From assembly GCA_963676835.2 (NCBI GenBank), contig CAXXFF010000001.1:384001-448000 (forward strand): 64,000 bases of DNA, read 5' to 3'. The position numbers and the translations under genes are program-made. The notes beneath the pieces were generated by a model. It did no database searches and had not been told where the DNA came from. It saw nothing but the letters and a program-made list of their open reading frames with translations. Origin of the DNA: Marispirochaeta sp. (GTDB taxonomy: Bacteria > Spirochaetota > Spirochaetia > JC444 > Marispirochaetaceae). Positions 1 to 10,275 of the stretch are shown here, piece after piece (the first letter of the stretch is position 1; each line of letters opens with the position of its first letter).

Positions 1-246
1 ACGGAACCGGACAGGGATACCGTTGATGCGGATCTCTCCCCCGTCCGGCTGAAACATTCCGTATAACTGACGCATAAGGGTGCTTTTACCAGCACCGTTT
101 TCCCCCAGCAGGGCGTGAACTTCACCGGAACGCACATCAAGACTTACTCCGTCATTGGCACGGACGCCGGGAAATGTCTTTACAATATCAACCATTTCCA
201 TGGTCTGGATGTGCTGTGCTGTAGTTACGCCTGCGGGGTTCTGCAT
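1..246 (-). CDS. Sugar/nucleoside ABC transporter ATP-binding subunit (5' part; runs off the window edge)
   Basis: Not in the ORF track. Hand translation from ATG 246 gives MQNPAG...[37 protein letters not shown], with a Walker A motif. It is the last visible gene of the ABC operon. Confidence 0.9.
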   Translation of the reverse strand, partial: MQNPAGVTTAQHIQTMEMVDIVKTFPGVRANDGVSLDVRSGEVHALLGENGAGKSTLMRQLYGMFQPDGGEIRINGIPVRFR

Positions 247-285
247 CAGTCTGTCCCTTTATCTATCTTCTTCTCGTTATTCTGG

Positions 286-1296
286 TCAGGGTGTAATTTT
301 AGTAGCACCGGAGGCGATGTCGGCAATTACCTTTTCTGCTGCCTTTTTAACATCCCCGGGGATACTGTAACCGGAATTGAAGCCGATTTTCAGGCCGCCG
401 TTTTCCAGGGTAAGTACGTAAGTCTTGCCGCCGTATACACCTTTTTCCGTAGCCGCAATCATATCCTTGATCATGGCACTCCAGTCATATACCTGACTGG
501 CAACAACCAGTGAAGTGGAGAGGGATGACTGATCAGCCTGAGTACCAAACCAGAGTACATCCCCTGCTTTTTCAGCTGCGCCGATGGAACCGACAACCGC
601 CTGGGATGATCCGGTGAGAATGTCTGCGCCTGCTGCGATCTGGGTCTGTGCCGCTGCTGCCATAAGGGCTACGTCGGAGAAAGAGCCGGTCCAGGTTTCT
701 GAAACATTGGCATCGGGCTTAACCGATTTTACACCCTGCACAAAACCGCTGATATAGGTATGGGCATCACCGACATTTACCGGGCCGGTAACTCCGATTA
801 CTCCGCTTTTTGTAAGCATACCAGCCATGACGCCGTTGACATATCCGCCCTGCTCAGCAGCCGCAGTATATGCATAGACATTGGGAAGACCGAAGGTATT
901 TACATCTGTACCCCAGGCAAAGGCTGTATCGGGAAAGTCCGGTGCAATTTCTTCAACAAGAGCGCCGTACTGGGAACCGTGGGCAATAACCATATGGTAG
1001 CCCTGTCCCGCATAATCACGGATGGCCGCTGCCGCATCGGGCACTTTAAACATATTCTCGGAATAAACCAGTTCTACTGCGCTTTCGCCGCCGAGCTCTG
1101 CCTGAACAGACTTCAACGCGGTCCACATGGACTGACTGAAAGCTGTATCCGTAGTTGCACTGGGCATAATAACCGCAATGCGGAAAGGTTCACCGGCAGC
1201 AGAACTTGTCTCTTCTGACTGACCGCCGGCAAAAAGAGAACCTGTAACCAATACAAGCCCAGCTACGATTAACATCACCATTAGATTCTTTTTCAT
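286..1296 (-). CDS. BMP-family (nucleoside-type) ABC substrate-binding protein
   Basis: BMP-like sequence (D.AFSQS, EQGGYVNG, WTGSFSD). Signal peptide MKKNLMV...LFAGGQSE. Start moved to ATG 1296, which has AGGAGG upstream. Confidence 0.88.
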   Translation of the reverse strand: MKKNLMVMLIVAGLVLVTGSLFAGGQSEETSSAAGEPFRIAVIMPSATTDTAFSQSMWTALKSVQAELGGESAVELVYSENMFKVPDAAAAIRDYAGQGYHMVIAHGSQYGALVEEIAPDFPDTAFAWGTDVNTFGLPNVYAYTAAAEQGGYVNGVMAGMLTKSGVIGVTGPVNVGDAHTYISGFVQGVKSVKPDANVSETWTGSFSDVALMAAAAQTQIAAGADILTGSSQAVVGSIGAAEKAGDVLWFGTQADQSSLSTSLVVASQVYDWSAMIKDMIAATEKGVYGGKTYVLTLENGGLKIGFNSGYSIPGDVKKAAEKVIADIASGATKITP

Positions 1297-1342
1297 CTCA
1301 ATCCTCCTGATCGATAAATGAATAAACATATTTTTACCACCC

Positions 1343-2275
1343 TTAAGATTCCCCGCGAATGAAGGGTCTGTTGAGGGCGGCAGGTTTACGACCTTTTCTG
1401 CCGGAAAATGTAAGTACCACTACGGTAAGGATATAGGGCAGCATATTTGCCAGGTTTGGCGGCACAGGCACACCAAGAACCTGCATCCAGAGCTGAAAGG
1501 AGTTTGCCACACTGAAAAGCAATGCGCCGAACATAACACCCACAGGTGTCCAGCCACCGAAATAGACAAGTGCGACAGCTATAAAACCCTGCCCGGCAGT
1601 CAGATTGTCCTGAAACAGGTTCAGGGACGATATTGAAAGGGACGCGCCAGCCAGGCCGGCCAGAATGGCACCGATACAGACACAGATATACCGGACAAGA
1701 TCGATATTGATTCCCCTGGAGTCTGCAGCCGCCGGATTCTGCCCGACTGCCTTGATGGTAAGTCCCCAGGTGGTCTTCTCAAGAATCCACCAGGAAAGCG
1801 GAACTGCCGCAAAGGCAATATAAACAAGAATGCTGTGATTAAAGAATATAGGACCAAGTACGGGGATATCTCCCAGAAGAGGTACCTTCACCACAGGAAA
1901 ACCCTTCACGGTTTTTACTGTGCCCACAAGAACCTTAAACAGAAGGCTGGACATGCCCAGACCGAACATCTGAAGTCCTATACCGCTTACACCCTGTTCA
2001 GCTTTCATTGTAACACTGATAAAGGACATTAAAAGCCCCATACAAAGCCCTATCATGGCGGCAACGGCAATCCCGAGGAACAGACTTCCAGTGGTAAGGA
2101 CTGCATAGAAAGCACCGAATGCACTGAGAAGCATTATGCCGTCCACACCGAGATTAACAACACCGGAGTTCTGGGAGAATGTCTCACCCAAAGCGGCAAG
2201 CAGAAACGGCGTAGCCAGCACCAGCATGGTATTGAAAATGCCCGTTACAACGGTAAGGGTAAAAAAAGTATTCAT
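1343..2275 (-). CDS. Nucleoside-type ABC transporter permease
   Basis: Polytopic membrane protein with GVVNLGVDG, AVGQNPAAA and GFIAVALV motifs; lies within the operon. Confidence 0.9.
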   Translation of the reverse strand: MNTFFTLTVVTGIFNTMLVLATPFLLAALGETFSQNSGVVNLGVDGIMLLSAFGAFYAVLTTGSLFLGIAVAAMIGLCMGLLMSFISVTMKAEQGVSGIGLQMFGLGMSSLLFKVLVGTVKTVKGFPVVKVPLLGDIPVLGPIFFNHSILVYIAFAAVPLSWWILEKTTWGLTIKAVGQNPAAADSRGINIDLVRYICVCIGAILAGLAGASLSISSLNLFQDNLTAGQGFIAVALVYFGGWTPVGVMFGALLFSVANSFQLWMQVLGVPVPPNLANMLPYILTVVVLTFSGRKGRKPAALNRPFIRGES

Positions 2276-3387
2276 GCGGCACCCTGCTTGTTGAATCGTG
2301 ATCTGACCCGTTGAATCCAGCGCTGAGTCCAGAAGGCTGAACCGGAAACAAAGAGCACCACCAGCCCGAGAATGGCATCAATGAGAGCAGCGGGAACCTG
2401 AACCGCCCGCTGCATGGTATCCGCTCCGACAAGAAGGCCTCCAAAGAAAATGGAAGCCGGAATCAGCCCCAGGGGATGCAGCCATCCCAGCAGGGCGGCC
2501 ACTATTCCGGAAAAACCGTAACCGCTGGTCATTCCCTCCATTAGACGGTGCTGGACACCGATAACCTCAATGGCACCGGCAAGACCAGCCAGACCTCCGG
2601 CGAGAGTCAGGGACAGCGCCTGATAAAAAGGCACATTAATGCCGGAATACCGGGAGGCATTGGGGTTGAGCCCGACCGCCCGTACACGGTAACCGATGGT
2701 TGTCCTCCAGAGGAAGAAATAGACAACCACCGCCATTGCAAGGGCTATAAACAGGCCTGTGTGAAGCATGGTCCTTGGAATGATCCGCTGAAGCCATACA
2801 GCCTGGGGAAGTCTTGCAGATTGAGCAAGATAGGTCCCGGCTTCAATGCCCTTGGGGTCCATCATTGGTCCCTGGAGGAGAAATCCCATTAAAAGCAGCG
2901 CCACGGAATTCATCATAATTGTTGTGAGGATTTCATTGACATCGTATCTGGCTTTTAATACTCCCGGAATAAAGCCCCAGAAGGACCCGGCGATAAATGC
3001 AACAAGCAGAACAGAAGGAATAAGTATAATTCCCGGCCATGTTGATGCGGAAAGAGCAAAAGCCGTTGCAGCAAGAGCCCCGGCGATCATCTGCCCCTGC
3101 CCGCCTATATTTATACAGCTTGCCCGGAATGCGATAGAGATACCCAGCCCCACCAGCAGCAGGGGCGTGGCCTTTACCAGAGTCTGGGTAATGCCAAACT
3201 TGTTTCCTGCTGCACCATTTAAAAGTGCCTTATAGGCATTTACGGGATTGGTCTTCAATGCAAGCAGAAAAAGGGCCCCGATAAAAAGTGCGGCTGTAAT
3301 ACTTACTACAGGCACTAGAATCCGGATTCCAATTTCCTTCCAGTTCCTTTTTGCACTGAGATAATCACCTTTTTCTCGGTCTGACAA
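2272..3387 (-). CDS. Nucleoside-type ABC transporter permease
   Basis: NIGGQGQ, NEILTTIMMN and GYGFSGIVAALLG motifs; 4-nt overlap with the next gene; TTG start. Confidence 0.9.
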   Translation of the reverse strand: MSDREKGDYLSAKRNWKEIGIRILVPVVSITAALFIGALFLLALKTNPVNAYKALLNGAAGNKFGITQTLVKATPLLLVGLGISIAFRASCINIGGQGQMIAGALAATAFALSASTWPGIILIPSVLLVAFIAGSFWGFIPGVLKARYDVNEILTTIMMNSVALLLMGFLLQGPMMDPKGIEAGTYLAQSARLPQAVWLQRIIPRTMLHTGLFIALAMAVVVYFFLWRTTIGYRVRAVGLNPNASRYSGINVPFYQALSLTLAGGLAGLAGAIEVIGVQHRLMEGMTSGYGFSGIVAALLGWLHPLGLIPASIFFGGLLVGADTMQRAVQVPAALIDAILGLVVLFVSGSAFWTQRWIQRVRSRFNKQGAA

Positions 3388-3704
3388 GAAGTTCCCCCAA
3401 CTATGGTATCAGTAATTTTAACCCGGCTTTACCTGACAAGTAAAACAAAAAGAGTGCCAAGATTACAGAGTTCTCTAAACAAAATGTAACTTCTTTTAAT
3501 AGCGTTAGTTAGTAATGGTTACTTTTTGTATGGATTTATTTCTTATTGATTTGATCGACATTAATGAATGAAAATAGCATTCAAAACTACCAGAATGTCG
3601 TTTCTGGATTATACCACACCTGAGGGATCCTGTAGCCTCTCTACATTTGCTGAGTCTTTAGAGAATTAGTATATTTTGCCCGTAACACACCTCTGGAGAT
3701 TTAT

Positions 3705-4511
3705 ATGGATCAGTTTATAGAAAAAGCCCTGGAGTGGATTGCTGTATATGGATTAAAAGTTATTGCCGCTCTTGCAATCCTGATTTTCGGCCGTATAACA
3801 GCAAAGATTATCCGCAAGGTCCTCACCAAGATTCTTACCCGGGGGAAGATAGATCCCACCCTTGTTTCTTTCACCTCGAGCGTTGCCTATGTCTTTCTGA
3901 TGGCTTTTGTCTTTATTGCCGCAGTAGGACAGCTGGGAGTGCAGACGGCCTCCTTCGTAGCAGTAATCGGTGCGGCGGGACTTGCTGTCGGCCTGGCACT
4001 TCAGGGTTCGCTGTCAAATTTTGCCGCCGGCGTACTGATGATCATCTTCAAGCCTTTTAAAATCGGAGACTATGTGGAAGCAGGGGGTACTGCGGGTACA
4101 GTATCTGAAATAGGGATTTTTACCACAGAACTGAATACGCCGGATAATAAAAAGGTGATTATCCCCAACTCAAAAGCCACAGGCGGGGTAATTACCAATT
4201 ATTCAGTAAATGATAAACGCCGAATCGATATTGTGGCCAGTGTCAGCTATAAGGATAATCTGGATACGGTAAGGAAGGTACTCGAGGAGATTGTTTCCAG
4301 AGAAGAACGCATTCTTGAGGAACCGGCACCGACCATTGGAGTGCTTGAACTGGCGGAGAGCAGTATCGATTTTGCTGTACGACCCTGGGTTGCCACGGCA
4401 GATTACTGGAAAGTCCGCTTTTCCCTGCTTGAAGAGATTAAACGCCGCTTTGATGAGAATGGTATTTCAATCCCCTTCCCTCAGTCGGATGTTCACCTTA
4501 TTAAGGAATAA
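3705..4511 (+). CDS. mscS: Small-conductance mechanosensitive channel
   Basis: GAAGLAVGLALQGSLSNFAAG TM3 signature, PFKIGD and IPFPQ. Confidence 0.93.
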   Translation: MDQFIEKALEWIAVYGLKVIAALAILIFGRITAKIIRKVLTKILTRGKIDPTLVSFTSSVAYVFLMAFVFIAAVGQLGVQTASFVAVIGAAGLAVGLALQGSLSNFAAGVLMIIFKPFKIGDYVEAGGTAGTVSEIGIFTTELNTPDNKKVIIPNSKATGGVITNYSVNDKRRIDIVASVSYKDNLDTVRKVLEEIVSREERILEEPAPTIGVLELAESSIDFAVRPWVATADYWKVRFSLLEEIKRRFDENGISIPFPQSDVHLIKE

Positions 4512-4548
4512 GCAGAAACATTCAATCAAATACTCTCAAGGAGCTATC

Positions 4549-4953
4549 ATGGAAATAACCCTGACCACACCGGCACTTTTGTTTTCAGCTATTTCACTGT
4601 TACTTCTGGCATATACAAACCGTTATCTTACTCTGGCAGGGCTGATTAGAGATTTATCTTCCGGAAAATCCGGTCAATCCCGTGAAAGCATCTCAGCCCA
4701 GATAGAAAACTTACGAAAGAGGATATACCTGATTCAGTCCATGCAGCTTTTCGGGGTAATGAGTTTTTTCCTCTGCGTGGCGACCATGCTGATCCTGTTT
4801 TTCGGACGCATTGCTTTTGGAGAAATAGTCTTTGCCGCAAGTCTGATCTGCCTGCTTGCATCCCTTGGAATATCAATAAGGGAAATTAGTATATCTATTA
4901 AAGCACTGGATATACAGTTAGGCAGCTGTGATCTTTGCGATGATAATGAGTAG
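4549..4953 (+). CDS. DUF2721-like small membrane protein
   Basis: MEITLTTPALLFSAISLLLLAYTNR N-terminus and about 3 TM segments. ATG 4549 has AAGGAG upstream; the longer track ORF overlaps mscS. Confidence 0.75.
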   Translation: MEITLTTPALLFSAISLLLLAYTNRYLTLAGLIRDLSSGKSGQSRESISAQIENLRKRIYLIQSMQLFGVMSFFLCVATMLILFFGRIAFGEIVFAASLICLLASLGISIREISISIKALDIQLGSCDLCDDNE

Positions 4954-4973
4954 AAACGAAAACTACTGATATA

Positions 4974-5657
4974 CTAAACAACCGGATCCGGTACCGGGGC
5001 GATCTCTTTAAGAATGTCTGCCACTCTCAGAGCTTCAGCACCGCCGTCTATCAATATAGCTGTTTGAGGATATTCAGCAACGCGATCCTGCAGAAATGAA
5101 CTTATCAGCACAACTGTTTTCATACCTGCATTGACTCCGGCTTGTGCTCCGCTTATTGAGTCTTCAATCACCAGACAGTTTTCCGGGGTTTTTCCCAGGA
5201 TTTCCGCGGCTTTAAGGAAAACATCCGGCGCAGGCTTGCCGTTTTCAACCTTTTCCGCGGATAAAATCAGGTCAAAATATTCGCCCAGTCCGATCTGTTC
5301 AATGAGCTCTTCCAGAACTGCCTGGGAAGTTCCCGAGGCTACAGCCATAGTTATATCCAGGCTTTTCAATGTCTCCAGCAGTTTCCGCATTACCGGAAAA
5401 ACCGGGGTTTTTTTTCTGGCAAGCTCAAGGTAAAGCTCGTCTTTTTTTGTCAGCATATCTTCGATTGATGCCGTTATGCCAAACCGCTGCTTCATGGCAT
5501 TCAGAAAGCGGTGTGCACCTATGCCGATATATTGATCATGTTCCCGGAGAGATAGATTTCCCCCAAAAAGGGCAATAGTCTGACAATCGCTGACAGCAAA
5601 ATTGGGTTCACTGTCTACCAGGGTTCCATCAAAGTCGAAGAGTACTGTATCGATCAT
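4974..5657 (-). CDS. HAD-family phosphatase (beta-PGM/CbbY-like)
   Basis: FDFDGTLVDS, KPAPD and IEDS motifs. Confidence 0.88.
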   Translation of the reverse strand: MIDTVLFDFDGTLVDSEPNFAVSDCQTIALFGGNLSLREHDQYIGIGAHRFLNAMKQRFGITASIEDMLTKKDELYLELARKKTPVFPVMRKLLETLKSLDITMAVASGTSQAVLEELIEQIGLGEYFDLILSAEKVENGKPAPDVFLKAAEILGKTPENCLVIEDSISGAQAGVNAGMKTVVLISSFLQDRVAEYPQTAILIDGGAEALRVADILKEIAPVPDPVV

Positions 5658-5723
5658 TGGCGCACGGTAGCATAAAGCGTGGGAGTGTTCAATGAAGTAG
5701 TGGATAGGTCTATCTTCTTGCTG

Positions 5724-5780
5724 AATACATAACGGGATCTATTAAATTCATTAACTTTGCCAGATCCCGTTTTATGTATT
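5724..5780. repeat. Imperfect inverted repeat downstream of the hipA-like gene
   Basis: AATACATAACGGGATCT-N21-AGATCCCGTTTTATGTATT (2-nt bulge). Confidence 0.6.
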
Positions 5781-5865
5781 TATCTTATTCCAATAGATAA
5801 AACTCTATGGCCGATTCAAAGATGGTTTCATTATAATTATCCACTTTTAGCGCTCTCCGTACTCT

Positions 5866-7170
5866 TTAAACAAGCAACCCCAGTCTCAAATTAGACTCTA
5901 CCGTTACTTTCAAGTTCTTTGATAATTCATGTTCCGCAGCCAGTTTAGGAAAACAGGAAAATGCTTCGCCTACCTGGGCAATGATATCCCTGCTTTTCTT
6001 TTCGGTAAGATTGCAATATCTGCCAAACTGCAGTAAATCATCGTACACAAAATCATTGTTTTTCCGGTTCAACCAGCACTGATGGTTCCTGGTAAACTTT
6101 CCTGCCGGATCGTAGGAATAGGTCAGATCAAAAGCCGGAGAAAGACTCCACTTACCTGCTCTATTCATTAGGAACCCGGTATTTTTGGTATGATCGTCCT
6201 GATTTCTTCCCAACACATTAAAAACAGCCCGCCGGAATAGTTCTGTTTCAGCATTTTGCCCCAACTTCAACTGCCTGGTAAGCAGTATAAGCTGCTCATA
6301 GGAATTAATGTCATCCCTATCGGCATGTGCAAGACCTGCCCATGAGGCATAGTGCAGTTTATTTATCTTTTCATTTCTGAGTATGCGATCGAATCGCTCA
6401 ATGAGAAAATGCCTGTCCTTGCCATCATCAATCAATTCAGTCCTGGGCATATTAATGCCCGCCTTTCGGGCGATAAGGCTGTAGATATATTCCAGTACCG
6501 GCATCCCCCTGGGGTCCCTGTTATCCTTATCTCTATTGCTACCTGAATCGAACTTTAAAAGCCAATATGTGTAATGGGGTCCATGATTAATAGTTCCGTC
6601 AAAGATTTTTCCGGTGCTGGATTTCGCAACCAGAGCCTTTGACCGTGCACCTCCGGCACTGGAGCCTATTCGAATCATGGTCAACGCCGCCGCATGGTCA
6701 TCGGTGGAAAGCAGGTTTTCATTCAACTCGGATTGACGTTGCTGAACCCGCTCTGCCAATTCAGATAACTGCTGCAAGTCAAGCGCTGAACGCTGCAAAG
6801 GAAGGGATTCTCCCGGCTTATATTCTAGTGCCCCCATGCCGCGATCCGCAACATAGTTCAGCCTGTCCAGTGCAGTAACCTCATGGGCGGGTATATTCTT
6901 CTCTGTCATATAGATGTCAATTAATTGGTTACCGTATTTGTCCGGCAGAGAATCTGCGATAAAACCGGGAACCCCCTGAAAGGACTTAAAGCCTATTCCA
7001 TCAAAGGAAAAACGACTCGGTGGGTACCGCAAATGGATAGGAGCTACCTGAATACCTGATTCCATAAAATCCGGTTCGTATTCAAATGTGGCAATACGTG
7101 TTTGACCCGGAGCGTACCCAAGTGAGCCTATTTTAGTGCCCCAGAGCCAAACATCAACAATTCCCCTCAC
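5866..7170 (-). CDS. hipA: HipA-family Ser/Thr kinase toxin
   Basis: DSLPDKYG, GSSAGGARSKA P-loop, NQDDHTKN catalytic loop and SPAFDL. Confidence 0.9.
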   Translation of the reverse strand: MRGIVDVWLWGTKIGSLGYAPGQTRIATFEYEPDFMESGIQVAPIHLRYPPSRFSFDGIGFKSFQGVPGFIADSLPDKYGNQLIDIYMTEKNIPAHEVTALDRLNYVADRGMGALEYKPGESLPLQRSALDLQQLSELAERVQQRQSELNENLLSTDDHAAALTMIRIGSSAGGARSKALVAKSSTGKIFDGTINHGPHYTYWLLKFDSGSNRDKDNRDPRGMPVLEYIYSLIARKAGINMPRTELIDDGKDRHFLIERFDRILRNEKINKLHYASWAGLAHADRDDINSYEQLILLTRQLKLGQNAETELFRRAVFNVLGRNQDDHTKNTGFLMNRAGKWSLSPAFDLTYSYDPAGKFTRNHQCWLNRKNNDFVYDDLLQFGRYCNLTEKKSRDIIAQVGEAFSCFPKLAAEHELSKNLKVTVESNLRLGLLV

Positions 7171-7505
7171 TCTTCATCCCCCCAGTGAAATTCTCCATCC
7201 CTTTTCTGTTTATCCCGCACACGTTTGGGCAAATCGTCCTCACTATTCCCCATGGGACTGTAGACTTCTGATTCCGGAAACATCAACTTAAGTCGCTCCG
7301 CCTCCCCCAGAGCCCGGAGCAGCCGAATAAAGCTCTTTAAACTGGTGCCGGTAGACCCCTGTTTGAAGTTATAAAAGGTTTTCCGGCTTATTCCGGAGGA
7401 CTCTTCGAGTTCTGTTTCCTTCAGCTGGTGCTCAATACGTATTTTTTCAACCCGGGCGGCCAGATCCCGTATAATGTCCTCATCGGCCATATTGTTGTAA
7501 TTCAT
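7167..7505 (-). CDS. XRE-family HTH protein, probable HipB-like antitoxin
   Basis: HTH segment LEESSGISRKTFYNFKQG, 4-nt overlap with hipA, and a C-terminal FHWGDEE tail. Confidence 0.8.
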   Translation of the reverse strand: MNYNNMADEDIIRDLAARVEKIRIEHQLKETELEESSGISRKTFYNFKQGSTGTSLKSFIRLLRALGEAERLKLMFPESEVYSPMGNSEDDLPKRVRDKQKRDGEFHWGDEE

Positions 7506-7516
7506 TATTACCTCAT

Positions 7517-7630
7517 ATGAGCAATATATTTCCCATTATACTTCATTTTTCGCCTTTATGGGTAATTAATTTCCCTTTATAAGGTATTTTGTAGCATGAT
7601 AAAATATTTGAGGGGAAATATATACAATCT
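7517..7630. promoter_or_regulatory. Repeated palindromic operators upstream of the antitoxin gene
   Basis: ATGAGCAATATATTTCCCAT (7517-7536), ATGGGTAATTAATTTCCCTT (7558-7577) and half-site AGGGGAAATATAT (from 7611). Confidence 0.6.
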
Positions 7631-7710
7631 TTTCAGAAACAGCATATTTATATATTAAAAGAAAGATAAAGCACATAAATACCATAATAATGTGAACTTT
7701 TTTTCATTAC

Positions 7711-9204
7711 CTAAACCTTTAATCCATACTTCTCCAGCCAGTTTCCCAGGGTCTGATAGCTGGAAAGCCCCAGCAATTCCGCCGCCCGGGTCTTGTTCCC
7801 GTTGGCCTGCTTCATCGCCCTATCAAGATAGTGCACCGCCGCATCGGCAATAACACTTTCTATTGAAAAACCGTTCCCCAGGGGCTTATCCAGCACCCCG
7901 TCTGCCTGACTGCCCGCATCAAGAAGCGCATCCTTAACAGCAGTTTCATCAAGCTCCTTACCTCCGGAAAAGACAAAAGCCCGGGTGAGGGTGTTTATGA
8001 GCTCCCGGATATTCCCGGGCCAGGAGTGCCCGGTAACAGCCTTCATGGCGCTGACTGAAAGCAACTTCTCCTCCCATCCATGGGTGGATGAAAACTCCCG
8101 GTTAAGGTTTCGGCAGATATGCTCGACAAGCAGCGGCAGATCCCCGCCCCGCTCCCGCAAAGGTGGCAGTTTTATTATTCCGACTGCTATACGGTGAAAC
8201 AGATCCGCACGAAAGGTATTTTCTTCCGTCTCTTTTGCAAGAGTACGGTTGGTTGCACTTACCAGACGGAAGTTGACCTCCCGCTCTCTGGTTTCTCCCA
8301 GGCGGGTAATCTTTCTGTCATTCAGCACCCGCAGCAGCTTTACCTGCAGATCTTTCGAAAGCTCCCCTATTTCATCCAGGAACAGGGTACCCCCGTCTGC
8401 CTGTTCAATAAACCCCGGCCGTGCTTCAACTGCTCCGGTAAAGGCTCCCCGGGCATGGCCGAAGAGCGCCGACTCTGCCAGTGTTTCCGGTATCGCACCG
8501 CAGTTTACCGGAACAAAAGGGCCGTCCTTTCTGCTGGAGGCATTATGAATAGCCTTGGCAAAAAGTTCCTTACCTGTTCCGGACTCACCTAAAAGCAGCA
8601 CCGGCACTTCAAATACGGCAGCACGCTTGGCCTTGGCCACTGCCCGCTGCATTTCACCTGAAGTATGGATGATCGCATCGAATGCAGGGCTTTGAGGCAG
8701 AAGAGAATCATCAATAGCTGAGATATGGTGTTCCAGCCCCCTGGCCGGACGGTAGGCGGCAAGAATATCAAATGGAAGATGTACATCTTTCAGGCCCGTA
8801 TGCAGATGCGCCTCTACCAGGGCAGCTTCATATTTACCGCTGGCCAAAAGAATCCATACGGCAGCCATAGCGGGAGTCCCGGGGCTCAGATGAAAGGTAA
8901 GCTTACTGCCGCTCTTCTGCAGTTCTTCCAGAACAGTGTCAGCGGCATTATAGATTTCTTCGTAGTTTGTGGGACTGGTAAGGCTAACCTGGCGAAGATC
9001 GCATACGACCTTCGGAAACATGATTTCAAGCCAGGAGCAGTAATGACTGCTGCGGTCTTCAGGATAATTGCTCAAAAGAACCACCCGGGCAAACCGGCCT
9101 GATTCAAGGGCGGACCCTATGGGCCCCTTTTCCGTGTTACCCCCGTCTCCGGCGGCATTAAGATCGTGCTGTCCAAGCCATGTGCAGAGAACATTTACCG
9201 ACAT
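7711..9204 (-). CDS. Sigma54-dependent activator with an N-terminal RtcR/CARF-like domain
   Basis: AAA+ domain with [14 protein letters not shown] and LFLDEIG; C-terminal Fis-type HTH; N-terminal [13 protein letters not shown] and [10 protein letters not shown]. The start could also be 9237. Confidence 0.85.
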   Translation of the reverse strand: MSVNVLCTWLGQHDLNAAGDGGNTEKGPIGSALESGRFARVVLLSNYPEDRSSHYCSWLEIMFPKVVCDLRQVSLTSPTNYEEIYNAADTVLEELQKSGSKLTFHLSPGTPAMAAVWILLASGKYEAALVEAHLHTGLKDVHLPFDILAAYRPARGLEHHISAIDDSLLPQSPAFDAIIHTSGEMQRAVAKAKRAAVFEVPVLLLGESGTGKELFAKAIHNASSRKDGPFVPVNCGAIPETLAESALFGHARGAFTGAVEARPGFIEQADGGTLFLDEIGELSKDLQVKLLRVLNDRKITRLGETREREVNFRLVSATNRTLAKETEENTFRADLFHRIAVGIIKLPPLRERGGDLPLLVEHICRNLNREFSSTHGWEEKLLSVSAMKAVTGHSWPGNIRELINTLTRAFVFSGGKELDETAVKDALLDAGSQADGVLDKPLGNGFSIESVIADAAVHYLDRAMKQANGNKTRAAELLGLSSYQTLGNWLEKYGLKV

Positions 9205-9420
9205 GAAGAGAGTATAAAATATTGGAAACTTGTCCACAAGATATTTTATGTGCGGTTAAAATGATTTACCTGATTCTCGTATCTATTGAGGCCTGAAGGA
9301 TTTTAACAGGGTCATAGGTCAATAGGTCAATAGGTATACTATCTTCATTATTGTTTATGAAATTGAGTTGAAGTACCCGGTATCCATGAGTATCTGAAAC
9401 AAATAGAGCCATTGCGCCGT

Positions 9421-9735
9421 CTACGCCAGAAACTGATAGACCGACATCATGGTGGCGAGGATAACAAAACCAAGGGACATAAAGCGGAACATCATATCGA
9501 AACGTTTATCTACGGAGGCAAAGCGCTCATCCATTCGTTTAAAGCCCTCTTCCATGCGGGTGTCAATACACAGAATTGCTTCCCGGAATTCAGAATGCTC
9601 TTTTTCGTTCCGGTCCTGCCTCGCAAGGTTCTCTGTAAGAATGGTAATATAACGGTGCAGAGATCGCTTGTTTTTAACCTCTACAGCTTCCTCGAGTTCC
9701 TGCTCCAGAATGTCTGCCAGTGATTCCATGGTCAT
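9421..9735 (-). CDS. Coiled-coil protein with C-terminal membrane anchor, paralog 1 (104 aa)
   Basis: MTMESLADILEQELE start with AAGGAG, shared by all three paralogs; DxRF repeats; terminal TM helix. Confidence 0.8.
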   Translation of the reverse strand: MTMESLADILEQELEEAVEVKNKRSLHRYITILTENLARQDRNEKEHSEFREAILCIDTRMEEGFKRMDERFASVDKRFDMMFRFMSLGFVILATMMSVYQFLA

Positions 9736-9840
9736 CTCCTTAAATATACTGTATTTATACCCATTAATACAGCTGGAACCTCTCTTATGCTTCACGAGGC
9801 TTAATAGCACCTGTAAAAATGTAACAAAGAAATGAATATT

Positions 9841-10275
9841 CTACGCCAGAAACTGGTAGACCGACATCATGGTAGCGAGGATAACAAAGCCAAGAGTCAT
9901 AAAGCGGAACATCATATCGAATCGTTTATCCACTGCGGCAAAACGCTCATCCATGGATTTTTGGTTCGATTCAAATCGGTCGTCCATGGACTTATGCATT
10001 AATTCAAATCGGTCGTCCATAGTTTTCTGCATAGATTCAAAACGTCTGTCCATTGAAGTAAACCGTTCATCCATACGCTTGAAGCCCGCTTCCATGCGGG
10101 TGTCAATACGCAGAATTGCTTCCCGGAATTCAGAATGCTCTTTTTCGTTCCGGTCCTGCTTCGCGAGATTCTCTGTAAGAATGGTGATATACCGGTGTAG
10201 AAAACCTTTGTCCTTTACTTCAAAGGCTCCTTCGAGTTCCTGCTCCAGAATGTCTGCCAGTGATTCCATGGTCAT
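9841..10275 (-). CDS. Coiled-coil protein with C-terminal membrane anchor, paralog 2 (144 aa)
   Basis: Near-identical to paralog 1, with 40 extra repeat residues. Confidence 0.82.
   Translation of the reverse strand: MTMESLADILEQELEGAFEVKDKGFLHRYITILTENLAKQDRNEKEHSEFREAILRIDTRMEAGFKRMDERFTSMDRRFESMQKTMDDRFELMHKSMDDRFESNQKSMDERFAAVDKRFDMMFRFMTLGFVILATMMSVYQFLA

Noticed and set aside
3444..3459. Sigma54-like motif before the ABC operon (minus strand TGGCACTCTTTTTGTT)
   Set aside because: Good -24 element, but the -12 reads GT instead of GC. Possible, but not supportable from sequence alone.
4291..4548. N-terminal extensions in the ORF track (4291, 9810, 14172, 44203, 51774, 61200)
   Set aside because: They overlap neighbouring genes, the MITE or a promoter. 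Downstream ATGs have better RBSs or signal peptides.
7670..7686. Possible sigma54 promoter for hipBA (minus strand TGGTATTTATGTGCT)
   Set aside because: Spacing is GG-N9-GC; sigma54 needs N10.
9747..9772. LexA-like box TACTGTATTTATACCCAT
   Set aside because: The right half does not fit CTGT-N8-ACAG; the real palindrome has a longer spacer.
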